The position numbers and the translations under genes were made by a program. DNA of 59,889 bases, the filler included. It is 7 parts of 7 records of this genome, joined end to end, with 100 filler letters (N's around TTAATTAATTAA, not from the genome) between each part and the next. Parts side by side here need not be neighbours in the genome. Positions count along the whole stretch, not along the records: positions 48,213 to 59,889 come from SRR31156797_18658; 6 more parts are not named here. The stretch is one strand, 5' to 3'. Below the pieces are notes generated by a model. The model was given only the letters and a program-made list of their open reading frames with translations, did no database searches and was not told the DNA's origin. This document shows, piece by piece, positions 49,792-58,804 of the stretch. Numbering within the stretch: position 1 is the first letter of the stretch; every line of letters begins with the position of its first letter.

Positions 49792-52700
49792 TTATATTTT
49801 TTCTACTAAAATTGCTTCTCCATTTTTGAAGTCTTTTACTTTGAACTGTCTGCTAATTACTTCAGGTACACCGTCAAGAGTTGGTGATTTAGCAACTACT
49901 TTCCAGTTTCCTTCTTCATTTAAGAAGATATCTAATGGAAGTTCATCAATTGGTTCACCTTCCATGTTTGCGATTAAGAATACTTTCTTAGTTTCATCTT
50001 CCGGGTTAGTTCTCCATCCGTAGTAGATAGTGTTACAGTTAACTATATCTCCTCTATCTCTCCAGTCTCCAGTTACTTTAGCTCCATTCACATAGAATTT
50101 CTTAGCGAAATAATCTTTTTGAACATCGCTTCCAGGGTTGTATAATAACCAAGGGTTAGCTAATCTGTATTGTCTTAATCCGAAGTTATACTCAACTCTA
50201 TCTTGATCTAACTCATCTTCATATTTATGAACTTTTGCTGCATCTCTTGCATCTAACATGAAGTCATTTGCGAATTTTTTAAGCTTAGTTCTATCTAAGA
50301 TATCTCCAGCTTTTAATGAGTCAGGTGCAATTGCAAACAGTTCAGGTGAAGCTGCCCATTCATCTAAGTTATACTCATCTTTTAATTTAGCATGCTCAAG
50401 AAGTAATACTAATTCAGCATCTGTTAAACTTTGTAAGTAGTCAATTTTTTCCATTTGTGATTTAAGTACATCGATATCTTCTAGAGTTTTAAGTTTACCT
50501 GCTGCTGCAAGTTTCTCTTTTTTAGTAAGTTCTCTTACTAAAATTTTTCTGGAATTAGTCATCAGTTTTCTACCAGATGCAATTCTTCTATCTGAATCTA
50601 ATTTATCATCTTCAATTCTAAATGTTAATTTAGCTTTGTACTCCTCGTCACCTTGGATTTTAGCTAACATCTCTTGTAATTCAGCTACAGTTTCGAAGTT
50701 TCCTTCATCTGCTGTATCTTCATAAAGATATCTAACTGCTACAGGATCAGATTTGATTGCTGTAAACAGATCATAAAGAACTTCTAAGAATCCGTTTTCT
50801 TCTGATTCCGTATTGATTAATTGCTCATATTTAGGTAATCCATAAGCTTTTACTCTTGGGAAGTTTTCCTCTTTTTCATATAGAGCTTTATCTACATACC
50901 ATTCGAAGAATTTAACTCCTTCTTCTGCAAGGATTTGTACATCATATGTATCATCGATGTTTCTTAGGAACATCCATGGAGTATGGAATAGTGCATTTAA
51001 TAGGAATAATGGATTTCCTGGCATGAATCCAAGCATTAATGCTGTAAGAGCATTGTTATCCATAGCATTATGTACAACTTCTTTTAGAGTATCTCCTAAT
51101 TGATCATTATAATAATCAGAGAAAGGAGTATTTGGTACATATTCAATTGATGGTTTAGTAGTTACCATTTTATAGAAATATCTAGCGTTATCATGGTTTG
51201 AATGCCCAGTAATCCAGCTTTGACCATATCTATATACTTCTACGAATCTTTCCCATTTTTCCATGAACCATTTGAATTTACCATGTACATTATGAGCGAA
51301 GATAATTGGTGACCATTGTTTAACTCTTTCACCATCGTCCAGAGTCATTTGGATACAGTGATCCATATATTTAGAGTTGAATTCCCAGTTCATATCGTCT
51401 GGCCAAGCTCTTCCATCCTCTAGATTCATATCTAGTCTTCTCTCAACACCGTTGATGTTTTGTCTGATACTTACTAACTCTTGTAAGAATTCATCATCTT
51501 GGATTCTGAATCCTGTTAATTCATCTATAGCTTTTACGAAATCTTGTGCTCCATCTATTCTGATACAGTCGAAACCAAGATCAATTTTTCTTCTAAGTAG
51601 TTCTAATAATACAGCTTTTACATTTGAGTTAGAGAAATCAATATCTCTACCATACATGTTAGGCCCTGTAAGGTATTTAGAGTTCATGTATTTAACATTA
51701 GTTCTCTCTTCACTTTCTACATCAAATGTTTCTAATAATTTAGCTCCTTGGAAATCACAATGTCCAAGTACTGAATCTATCGCTAATTGGATAGGCTTGT
51801 CCGGCATTGTATGGATAGTCTCAATAAATTCAACTAATTCATCAGGTCTTAGAGTTTCTAAGATAGATGGACTGATTGCTACTGATCCTAATACAGGAGT
51901 ATCATATCCCCAGTTAGAGATATCAGGTCTTTTTAATGAAACTTCAAATTCATCATCATGTTCATTTTCTAATAAGAAGAACTCACCAGTTCTATGAGTA
52001 ACTGCTTCTCTTTCAGAAGTAGGTACTTCAGGAGTAAGCTCAATTGTGTCATATCCTATGAAGTTTAGATCAGCTTTCGTTAATCCTTCATAGATATTTT
52101 CTTTATTTTCAGTCATATTTGCTTTAATTTTCGCTGCAATTGTTTTATATTTTCTAGTTAAAGCTGCAATTGTTCCCTCTTCTGTTGCTGTTTCTGTATG
52201 AACTTCAAGACAGATTCCGATATCTTTTGCTCTATAACTTCCATCAGCAAATTGTTTCTTATAGAAAGTAGTGAAATACTCCATATCTTTTCTATCTTTA
52301 TGAATAGAAGAAACATCATATAATTCTCCAGGAGCGTAAACACCAAATGGTAATGAATGAGCTAACGGATCTCTCATGATTTCTCTTTTACCTTTAATAT
52401 CAAGAGTTAACCAGTAAAATGCTCCAAACTCTTCTTTTGTACCAAATAAGATATCATCTACTACTACTACTGCATAGTTTCCAGCAAATGACATAGGTAA
52501 TCTATATCTTTTGAATTTACAAGTTTTGTAATCATCTTTTTTGATATCAGCACCGGTAATTTTTTCCTGCTCTAAATACACTTCAAGCATAATTCCATCT
52601 TTTTTATCAGCTAAGAACCCGTCCACTAATCCAGGTACCCAAAATCCGATTAATGCTTGTTTGTCTGCAAGTTTAAATGATCCAAGGTAATTTCTTGTAA

Positions 52701-52803
52701 TCTCCTTGGCTGCTGTATACTCATCTTTTGTTGTTAGGATATTGTTAATACTGTCAACAATTTTAAGAGTTTCAACTTCATTAACTTTTGGCATATAGTT
52801 CAT
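49792..52803 (-). CDS. Glucosylglycerol hydrolase (GghA)-like alpha-amylase-clan glycosidase
   Basis: GFWVP, DPLAHSLPFGVYAPGELYD, NWGYD, ETLRPDELVEFI, GPNMYG, IRIDGAQDF (nucleophile), EDGRAWP (acid/base) and NHD. Confidence 0.78.
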   Translation of the reverse strand: MNYMPKVNEVETLKIVDSINNILTTKDEYTAAKEITRNYLGSFKLADKQALIGFWVPGLVDGFLADKKDGIMLEVYLEQEKITGADIKKDDYKTCKFKRYRLPMSFAGNYAVVVVDDILFGTKEEFGAFYWLTLDIKGKREIMRDPLAHSLPFGVYAPGELYDVSSIHKDRKDMEYFTTFYKKQFADGSYRAKDIGICLEVHTETATEEGTIAALTRKYKTIAAKIKANMTENKENIYEGLTKADLNFIGYDTIELTPEVPTSEREAVTHRTGEFFLLENEHDDEFEVSLKRPDISNWGYDTPVLGSVAISPSILETLRPDELVEFIETIHTMPDKPIQLAIDSVLGHCDFQGAKLLETFDVESEERTNVKYMNSKYLTGPNMYGRDIDFSNSNVKAVLLELLRRKIDLGFDCIRIDGAQDFVKAIDELTGFRIQDDEFLQELVSIRQNINGVERRLDMNLEDGRAWPDDMNWEFNSKYMDHCIQMTLDDGERVKQWSPIIFAHNVHGKFKWFMEKWERFVEVYRYGQSWITGHSNHDNARYFYKMVTTKPSIEYVPNTPFSDYYNDQLGDTLKEVVHNAMDNNALTALMLGFMPGNPLFLLNALFHTPWMFLRNIDDTYDVQILAEEGVKFFEWYVDKALYEKEENFPRVKAYGLPKYEQLINTESEENGFLEVLYDLFTAIKSDPVAVRYLYEDTADEGNFETVAELQEMLAKIQGDEEYKAKLTFRIEDDKLDSDRRIASGRKLMTNSRKILVRELTKKEKLAAAGKLKTLEDIDVLKSQMEKIDYLQSLTDAELVLLLEHAKLKDEYNLDEWAASPELFAIAPDSLKAGDILDRTKLKKFANDFMLDARDAAKVHKYEDELDQDRVEYNFGLRQYRLANPWLLYNPGSDVQKDYFAKKFYVNGAKVTGDWRDRGDIVNCNTIYYGWRTNPEDETKKVFLIANMEGEPIDELPLDIFLNEEGNWKVVAKSPTLDGVPEVISRQFKVKDFKNGEAILVEKI

Positions 52804-53217
52804 TTCTTCCTCCTTATATGAATTATCTAATAATAACTCATAATTATTTTAATTTAAATTTGTTAAAAATAATTCCAAAATAAATAATAATTTTAATTTG
52901 AGTGTATATTGATACGCTCTTATTTGATTTGTTTATACATAATTCTTTGTTTTAGTTATCACCATCATACACTTGTTATGTGTCAGGAATATTTCATAAA
53001 TGTTTTATTTCAAAACTTTTTGACTTTATTTCAGCAAAAATATTTTTTACGAACAGATATCCTTGAGTTGAAAACATCTATTTTTTAATCAATTCTCGAG
53101 AACGTCAACTAATTTGATTAGCATTTCAAAAAAATAAAAAAAAGAGCCTTATATACTCTCATAATGCGAAAATATATAAAACTCCAATATTATATTATTT
53201 TTTACGAACAGTGTTCC

Positions 53218-55410
53218 TTAAAACTCAAATGCTCCTACGTCAATATTCTGATCTCTCGAGTGGTCATCAAAATCTGAAATGACAAATATATCATTATACC
53301 CCGAATCAATAGCTGTAGAACCAGATTTCAAGCTAAAGTCTCTATCTAAAGAATCTGTATCTGTTGCATTTACTAATTCCGATTCATTAACTAACAAATT
53401 ATTTTTAGCAATGAAATTTTCGCTTGGAGAAAAAACTGCCCCAGTATGTAAAGCTGACGATTCTGGAAAACAATATAGATTATTAACTACTTCAATATCG
53501 CTGGCTTCTTCACCTAATCTCACTACATTTCTATATGTACCACTTGAATTATCCGGCTTAAATACAGTGTTATTATATATTCTGATTCGTTCAGGATCTG
53601 GCTCAACACCTCTTTTATCAATTCTAATAGCCATATAATCACTTGCTAAAGATCCGTTACCATCAAAGATATTATTTTTAATAGTTATATTCCTTGCCCA
53701 GATATAGAGTGGTGTTACTACTTTCGTATGATTTTGCTCCCCAAAATCTGAAATGAATTTATTTCTTTCAATTAATAGGTTACTAAGCCTTTCATCTGAT
53801 ACTGCATTTTGTGGTCCTATTGCTATAGTATAAGGAGCTGACTGTCCAAACACATTATCAGAAATAACAGTAAATTCTGTCCTGTTTCTAGCTTCACTTC
53901 CTGTTGGCATATCTGAGAGCAGATGTTCCATAGGTCCGTGAAGTTTTAGTGCATGGCGACCCCAATTAGTATCCAAGCTTGCTCCTGAGAAATAGTTATT
54001 ACTTATTACAGATTTATATGCCTGAGGTACTCTGACTACATGAGACTTTCCAGCATTTGCAAATTCATTACCAAGCAGGGCTAGTCTTTCGCATGGGAAG
54101 TACACACAATGAGTCGCGTTATCAGTGATTTTACAATCCACTATACTTACTTGATCCTTAACTCGTGGTTCATTACCATCACCATATGTTGAACTAGAAA
54201 TACCAATTGTGCAACGAGAAATATCCAGTCTTAAGAAGAGTAATTTCTCCATACCTATTGCACCACCGATAGGAATGACATCATTATTTAAACCGTCAAT
54301 TTCAATATCCATGATTCTCCAATTTTGCTTTCTGGTTACATTTACAAAAGCACCGCTATTAACATTTATTTTCGGTTTATCCCCTGATCCAAAAGCACCG
54401 AATGTTACAGGTCCTGAATTATTTGAAAAAGACAGATCACTTATTGTCCATGATGAATCTCGTCTAAAAAGAAGTCTCTTTCCCTCAGTAACGTAATGTG
54501 TAATCGTACTTAAATCATCAGTTGTAATATTTAGAGAACCGGAAGGAGCCCCTGTAAAATCATTGTTTGCTGTATCTGATACACATATTGTATTTTCTCC
54601 AGCATAAAACAGATCAGGATCAATAACTTCAACTTTAAATCTCTTTTTCTCAATAGTTCCCCTTTTATCCTTTTTACTCATTATAATAGAATATGTCCCG
54701 GGATATTCAAATACATGAACTGCAACTGGCCCTTTTGCAGTGTCTCTTGATTTTCCGGTAGTTTCCCATACACCACTATTAGGATCATCAAAATCCCATT
54801 CATATTCATAATTATGGAAATCATCATTAAACTCTTGCCCGTTGCTAAAATTCTCTGCTTGAAAATGAACACTCAAAGGTGCTATTCCAGTTGTTCTACT
54901 GACTAATTCAGATGATGCATCAACATCATAAACTATTACGTCTTCTACCGAAATTCCATCGATATATCTGGATTTTCCGTTTTCGATATCATAAACAACA
55001 GTTGTTAATGGCAATAATTCCTCTGCATCTTCATATTTTGATTCATCAAAAAAATTACTGCTATCATCATAATTCTCATACTCGATGGCTTTTCCACCAC
55101 ATACAATAAGGCTGTCTTGACTAAACTGAGATTCAAGTATTCCTAATTCATCTGTATCATTTCTAATATTCTTTAGAAAAGTCAAACTATAGTATGTTGT
55201 TCTTTCCGTAGTTTTAAGATAAATCCCGCTGGAAATAGTTTCAGAGCTTTCATCACTATCATTCGTTAGAGTAATTAAATCATCAATGACACCACTTAAT
55301 TTATAGACTGTTTTACTTTGTGTTGTTTCCGTTTCACCGCAGGAACTAAGTATAAATAGTGATAGTAGCGTTAAAACTAAGCAAACAATTATTTGATTTT
55401 TTCCCTTCAT
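53218..55410 (-). CDS. Lipoprotein with a PKD domain and a right-handed beta-helix region
   Basis: Lipobox LSSC; GIAPLSVHF, YEWDFDD and HVFEYPGTY (PKD); repeated I-xx-N-x-F strands; C-terminal FSLKSGSTAIDSG...DVGAFE. Confidence 0.75.
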   Translation of the reverse strand: MKGKNQIIVCLVLTLLSLFILSSCGETETTQSKTVYKLSGVIDDLITLTNDSDESSETISSGIYLKTTERTTYYSLTFLKNIRNDTDELGILESQFSQDSLIVCGGKAIEYENYDDSSNFFDESKYEDAEELLPLTTVVYDIENGKSRYIDGISVEDVIVYDVDASSELVSRTTGIAPLSVHFQAENFSNGQEFNDDFHNYEYEWDFDDPNSGVWETTGKSRDTAKGPVAVHVFEYPGTYSIIMSKKDKRGTIEKKRFKVEVIDPDLFYAGENTICVSDTANNDFTGAPSGSLNITTDDLSTITHYVTEGKRLLFRRDSSWTISDLSFSNNSGPVTFGAFGSGDKPKINVNSGAFVNVTRKQNWRIMDIEIDGLNNDVIPIGGAIGMEKLLFLRLDISRCTIGISSSTYGDGNEPRVKDQVSIVDCKITDNATHCVYFPCERLALLGNEFANAGKSHVVRVPQAYKSVISNNYFSGASLDTNWGRHALKLHGPMEHLLSDMPTGSEARNRTEFTVISDNVFGQSAPYTIAIGPQNAVSDERLSNLLIERNKFISDFGEQNHTKVVTPLYIWARNITIKNNIFDGNGSLASDYMAIRIDKRGVEPDPERIRIYNNTVFKPDNSSGTYRNVVRLGEEASDIEVVNNLYCFPESSALHTGAVFSPSENFIAKNNLLVNESELVNATDTDSLDRDFSLKSGSTAIDSGYNDIFVISDFDDHSRDQNIDVGAFEF

Positions 55411-55533
55411 CCCGTATCTCCTTTCATTTAATCGTGATTGACAATATAAAGCTTACTACAATTATAATATAAAAAGCACTATTTTTCACCATACTAAAGT
55501 ATGGTTTTTGGGATGAAAAGAAAATCAAAACAG

Positions 55534-55569
55534 ACCCCCTCCAACCTCCCCCTTGGTAAGGGGGAGACT
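55534..55569. repeat. BoxC-like palindromic element downstream of the hydrolase stop
   Basis: C-rich tail ACCCCCTCCAAC followed by stem CTCCCCCTT/AAGGGGGAG (55546-55566). Confidence 0.65.
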
Positions 55570-55576
55570 CCTTTTA

Positions 55577-56512
55577 CTACTTCTGCTTCAGCCATCTTAA
55601 TATTATCTGATTTGTTTCTTCAGGTTTTTCTTGTTGAATCCAGTGACCGCAGTTTAAATTTACTACTTCAACATTCGGTACGAACTCACTTAGTCTTGGA
55701 GATTTAGCTACTGTATCTCTGTCACCATAGATCATGAGTGCTTGTTTTTGAATAATTGGATTCGCTTCTGCTAATAAGTGCCAGTTACGATCAAGATTTC
55801 TATACCAATTAATACTTCCTGTAAAGCCTGACAATTCGAATGCTGAAACGAAAACATCCAGTTCACTATCACTCATTACTGGTTCTCCGAACTCAGTTTC
55901 TTGTCTAGCAAGGTTTATTAAAGACATTCCAGGTTCAGGCTCTCTAACCGGCTCATTCTTTCGATACAAATTACGCAGAAACTGAAATGTGTTTTCAGCA
56001 AATATTGCATCAGCGACACCAGGTTTTTTATTGAAGTGGACAAAATAATTATCCTCTCCTAGAAACTCCTCTATAAACTCAAGCCAAGGTTTTTCACCAC
56101 GTTCAAGATAAGGTACACTTAGATTTATTATTTTACTTACACGATCCGGATGTAATAATGTTAATCCCCAAACAACATTTGAACCCCAATCATGACCAAC
56201 AAAAACAGCGTCATCATATCCAAAATGATCAAGAAGTCCAACCAGATCACCTGTTAAATGCTCTATATCATAATCAGTCACTTCATTTGGTTTTGATGAG
56301 TTACCATAACCTCGTTGATTAGGGACAATGACATGGTACCCTGCTTCTGCAAGGATTGGAATTTGATATCGCCATGAAAAAGCATGCTCCGGCCAACCAT
56401 GACAAAGAACAATGGGATTGCCAATATTTTCTTTACCTGCTTCAAAAACTTCCAGTTCTACTCCATTAACCGAAATAAGTGTCGGCTTAGGAAAATCAGT
56501 TATATTAATCAT
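55577..56512 (-). CDS. Alpha/beta-fold epoxide hydrolase (EphA-like)
   Basis: HGWPE, NQRGYG-S, GHDWG (Asp nucleophile), INWYRN and CGHWIQQE. Confidence 0.9.
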   Translation of the reverse strand: MINITDFPKPTLISVNGVELEVFEAGKENIGNPIVLCHGWPEHAFSWRYQIPILAEAGYHVIVPNQRGYGNSSKPNEVTDYDIEHLTGDLVGLLDHFGYDDAVFVGHDWGSNVVWGLTLLHPDRVSKIINLSVPYLERGEKPWLEFIEEFLGEDNYFVHFNKKPGVADAIFAENTFQFLRNLYRKNEPVREPEPGMSLINLARQETEFGEPVMSDSELDVFVSAFELSGFTGSINWYRNLDRNWHLLAEANPIIQKQALMIYGDRDTVAKSPRLSEFVPNVEVVNLNCGHWIQQEKPEETNQIILRWLKQK

Positions 56513-56561
56513 TATAATTCCTCCTATACTATATATGTTTTAATTGTAAATCCTTAAGTCT

Positions 56562-56594
56562 AGTATAGCAGGGTGCAGTGACAGCAGTCTGTCA
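56562..56594 (-). promoter_or_regulatory. Putative WYL-regulator operator/promoter
   Basis: Palindrome TGACAG-N4-CTGTCA (56579-56594); on the minus strand TGTCAC-N10-TATACT. Confidence 0.7.
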
Positions 56595-56609
56595 GCTTTG
56601 AAAAAGTTT

Positions 56610-57539
56610 TTATTGATATTTTTTATTCATCGAATCTATTCTTGATTTAACAATTTGACGTATATTTTCCGGTCCCATCACTTCTACATTTTCACCAAAA
56701 CTGAATATCAATGACATATACCATTCCTTATCAGGAAACTGTGCATTCACAATTAATTCTCCTGTATCCAAAACTTCAATTTTATTTTCATCAAATATAT
56801 CTTCAACTCTACTCCTCACTTCTGGTGTAAATTTTAATTTGACACTGATCAAACCTTCCTGTTGTTTCGATGACTCTTCAACTTCATGATATGATCTGTT
56901 TTTACGTGTGAATAGCACATCTTCAACATTCAGGTTAATTATACGTGAAACTCTGAATACTCTGAAATCTGACTTTAAATGGCAGTATGCAAACAGATAC
57001 CATGTGTAACCTTTGAAAATTAATGACATTGCTTCTATCTGTCTGGTACTTGTTTTATTCTCATAATTTCTATACTCCACAGTAACTAATTTCGACTCAG
57101 AAATAGCTAAACGAATTGCTTTAATCAACTGCTTTTGCTTCGGTGTATATGCCCAAGGCGGCATATCAATGATGACTTGCTCCATATGAAGATCTAGATT
57201 ATCTGTCTTATCTTTTGGAACCAAATTTTTTAGTTTTTCTATGGATGACTCAATCTCAATATCCTCAAAAGTAGAGTTAATACCTTTAAGTGCTCCCAAC
57301 ATAGAGAATAAATTGTTTAAAGTTAACAACTGATGATCTAGCTTATAATTCTCCATGATCCCGTAACCGCCATTATTTCCAGAGTATGAGATAATTGGGA
57401 TTCCAGCCATATTTATAGATTCAATATCTCGATAAATTGTTCTAACTGAAACTTCAAATTTATCCGCCAGCTCTTTTGCTGATATTCTTTTTCTATTCAG
57501 TAACATGACTATTATTGTTAACATCCGTTCTATTTTCAT
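56610..57539 (-). CDS. YafY-family HTH-WYL-WCX transcriptional regulator
   Basis: ELADKFEVSVRTIYRDI (HTH_11), TWYLFAYC and FRVFRVSRI (WYL), FGENVEVMGP (WCX). Confidence 0.95.
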   Translation of the reverse strand: MKIERMLTIIVMLLNRKRISAKELADKFEVSVRTIYRDIESINMAGIPIISYSGNNGGYGIMENYKLDHQLLTLNNLFSMLGALKGINSTFEDIEIESSIEKLKNLVPKDKTDNLDLHMEQVIIDMPPWAYTPKQKQLIKAIRLAISESKLVTVEYRNYENKTSTRQIEAMSLIFKGYTWYLFAYCHLKSDFRVFRVSRIINLNVEDVLFTRKNRSYHEVEESSKQQEGLISVKLKFTPEVRSRVEDIFDENKIEVLDTGELIVNAQFPDKEWYMSLIFSFGENVEVMGPENIRQIVKSRIDSMNKKYQ

Positions 57540-57572
57540 TTGCTACTCCTTTTATTTATCAAGTCAAACTCG

Positions 57573-57696
57573 CCCCCTCTAAATCCCTAATTTATATTTC
57601 AAAAAAACGCTGAAATATACTGCGGGTGCTACTCCCCCCTTGTTGAAATTTTAAAAGGCAAAATTTTCTTCGGGCAACGCCTAATAAGGGGAGACT
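57573..57696. repeat. BoxC-like element apparently interrupted by two nested ~40-nt hairpin inserts
   Basis: CCCCCTCTAAATCCC...CTCCCCCCTT...TAATAAGGGGAGACT with two intervening CCCT...CGGG segments, each holding an AT-rich stem. Confidence 0.5.
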
Positions 57697-57707
57697 TTTT
57701 TCAAAGT

Positions 57708-58037
57708 TTAATTTTCTTCAATACCATTCTTGTTAAAACTCCATTTTCCCGGATAAAAACTCATAGTTACTCCCATAATCATCCCATCAAGTATACGAGT
57801 GTAGTTTGCAAAAATAGGAGTAAACTCAAACAATGGTTTTACTCCTAAGTCTAATACAGCAAGCATTAAAAACCAAATAAACAAATTGAGTTTTCGATTT
57901 ATGTACTTATTAATAAATTTCCATATTATATTTCGCAAGTTAATTTTTTTAAACACTGCTTTCAAGATCATTATTGAGCTTATTGCTGATATCAAATAAG
58001 TAAAAGTTCTTATAAGTATTCCCATTACTATTTCCAT
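57708..58037 (-). CDS. Small hypothetical membrane protein
   Basis: 109 aa with 3 hydrophobic segments; SD AGGAGG upstream. Confidence 0.65.
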   Translation of the reverse strand: MEIVMGILIRTFTYLISAISSIMILKAVFKKINLRNIIWKFINKYINRKLNLFIWFLMLAVLDLGVKPLFEFTPIFANYTRILDGMIMGVTMSFYPGKWSFNKNGIEEN

Positions 58038-58068
58038 TTAATTAACCTCCTAATTTAAATAATTATTT

Positions 58069-58491
58069 CTATTTTTTAGGTTTTTCACCTAAGAACTGTG
58101 TAAAGCGAAGTAGATAACCATCCGGATCTTGTACTAAAAATTCTTTTTGTCCTGATGATACTGCCCCTATGTCATACCATGTCTCTTTCACATCACGATA
58201 TAGTTTTATATTTGATTCTTCCAGTCGATCAAGAATAGCTTGAATATTAGTAAGTTCCATTTGTAGATTTATCCCACGACCAAATGGATAAGATAGTTCT
58301 CCTGTATTCCAAGCACTTTCATGGAACTCTTCGATCATTATCTGGACTTTTTCTTGCTCAAGATATGCAAAATTTGGATTTATTCTTTGATTACGAATTT
58401 TAAAGCCAAGAATATCTGTGTAGAAAGACAATGATTTCTTAAAATCCGTAACTGTAAGTTCAGGAACCATTACATTTCAGTATTCACTCAT
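58069..58491 (-). CDS. VOC/glyoxalase-bleomycin-resistance family protein with an in-frame TGA at codon 5; track ORF restarts at 58470
   Basis: MVPELTV, SLSFYTDILGF, PFGRGIN and EFLVQDPDGYLLRF; SD GAAGGAG precedes the ATG at 58491, which reads M-S-E-Y-TGA-N-V-M. Confidence 0.8.
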
Positions 58492-58804
58492 TTTAAAACA
58501 ACTCCTTCAATAGAATTTGGTTAAGCAAGCAACGCCCTCTTAAATCTTTCATCTTCATTCATACACCATTCTACCTAATTTTGCTAAGTTATGCAATCTT
58601 CGCTTTGTAGATCAGTCAATACAAGTAGAGTAGCCATATAATTCTTGATAATGTTATTTATTTAAAGTACACTTAATACTAAGCAATATAATCAAAGAGA
58701 TTATTTGTCTTGATAATCATCAAGCCGGGTAATTAATTTAACTTATTTTGATTTTAATTATTAATTATTATAACTCCACCAAAAGCAAGCGAAGGAGGTA
58801 GTAT

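Noticed and set aside
51377-51997. 206-aa plus-strand ORF antisense to the GghA-like gene
   Set aside because: Ser/Ile-rich antisense shadow of a codon-biased gene; no SD or motifs
55501-55707. 68-aa ORF containing TPSNLPLGKGE
   Set aside because: That peptide is just the translation of the BoxC-like repeat, and the rest is antisense to the hydrolase
58521-58600. Possible gene remnant ...VEWCMNEDERFKRALLA* on the minus strand
   Set aside because: Short, preceded by an in-frame stop, and not recognisable; cannot support a pseudogene call
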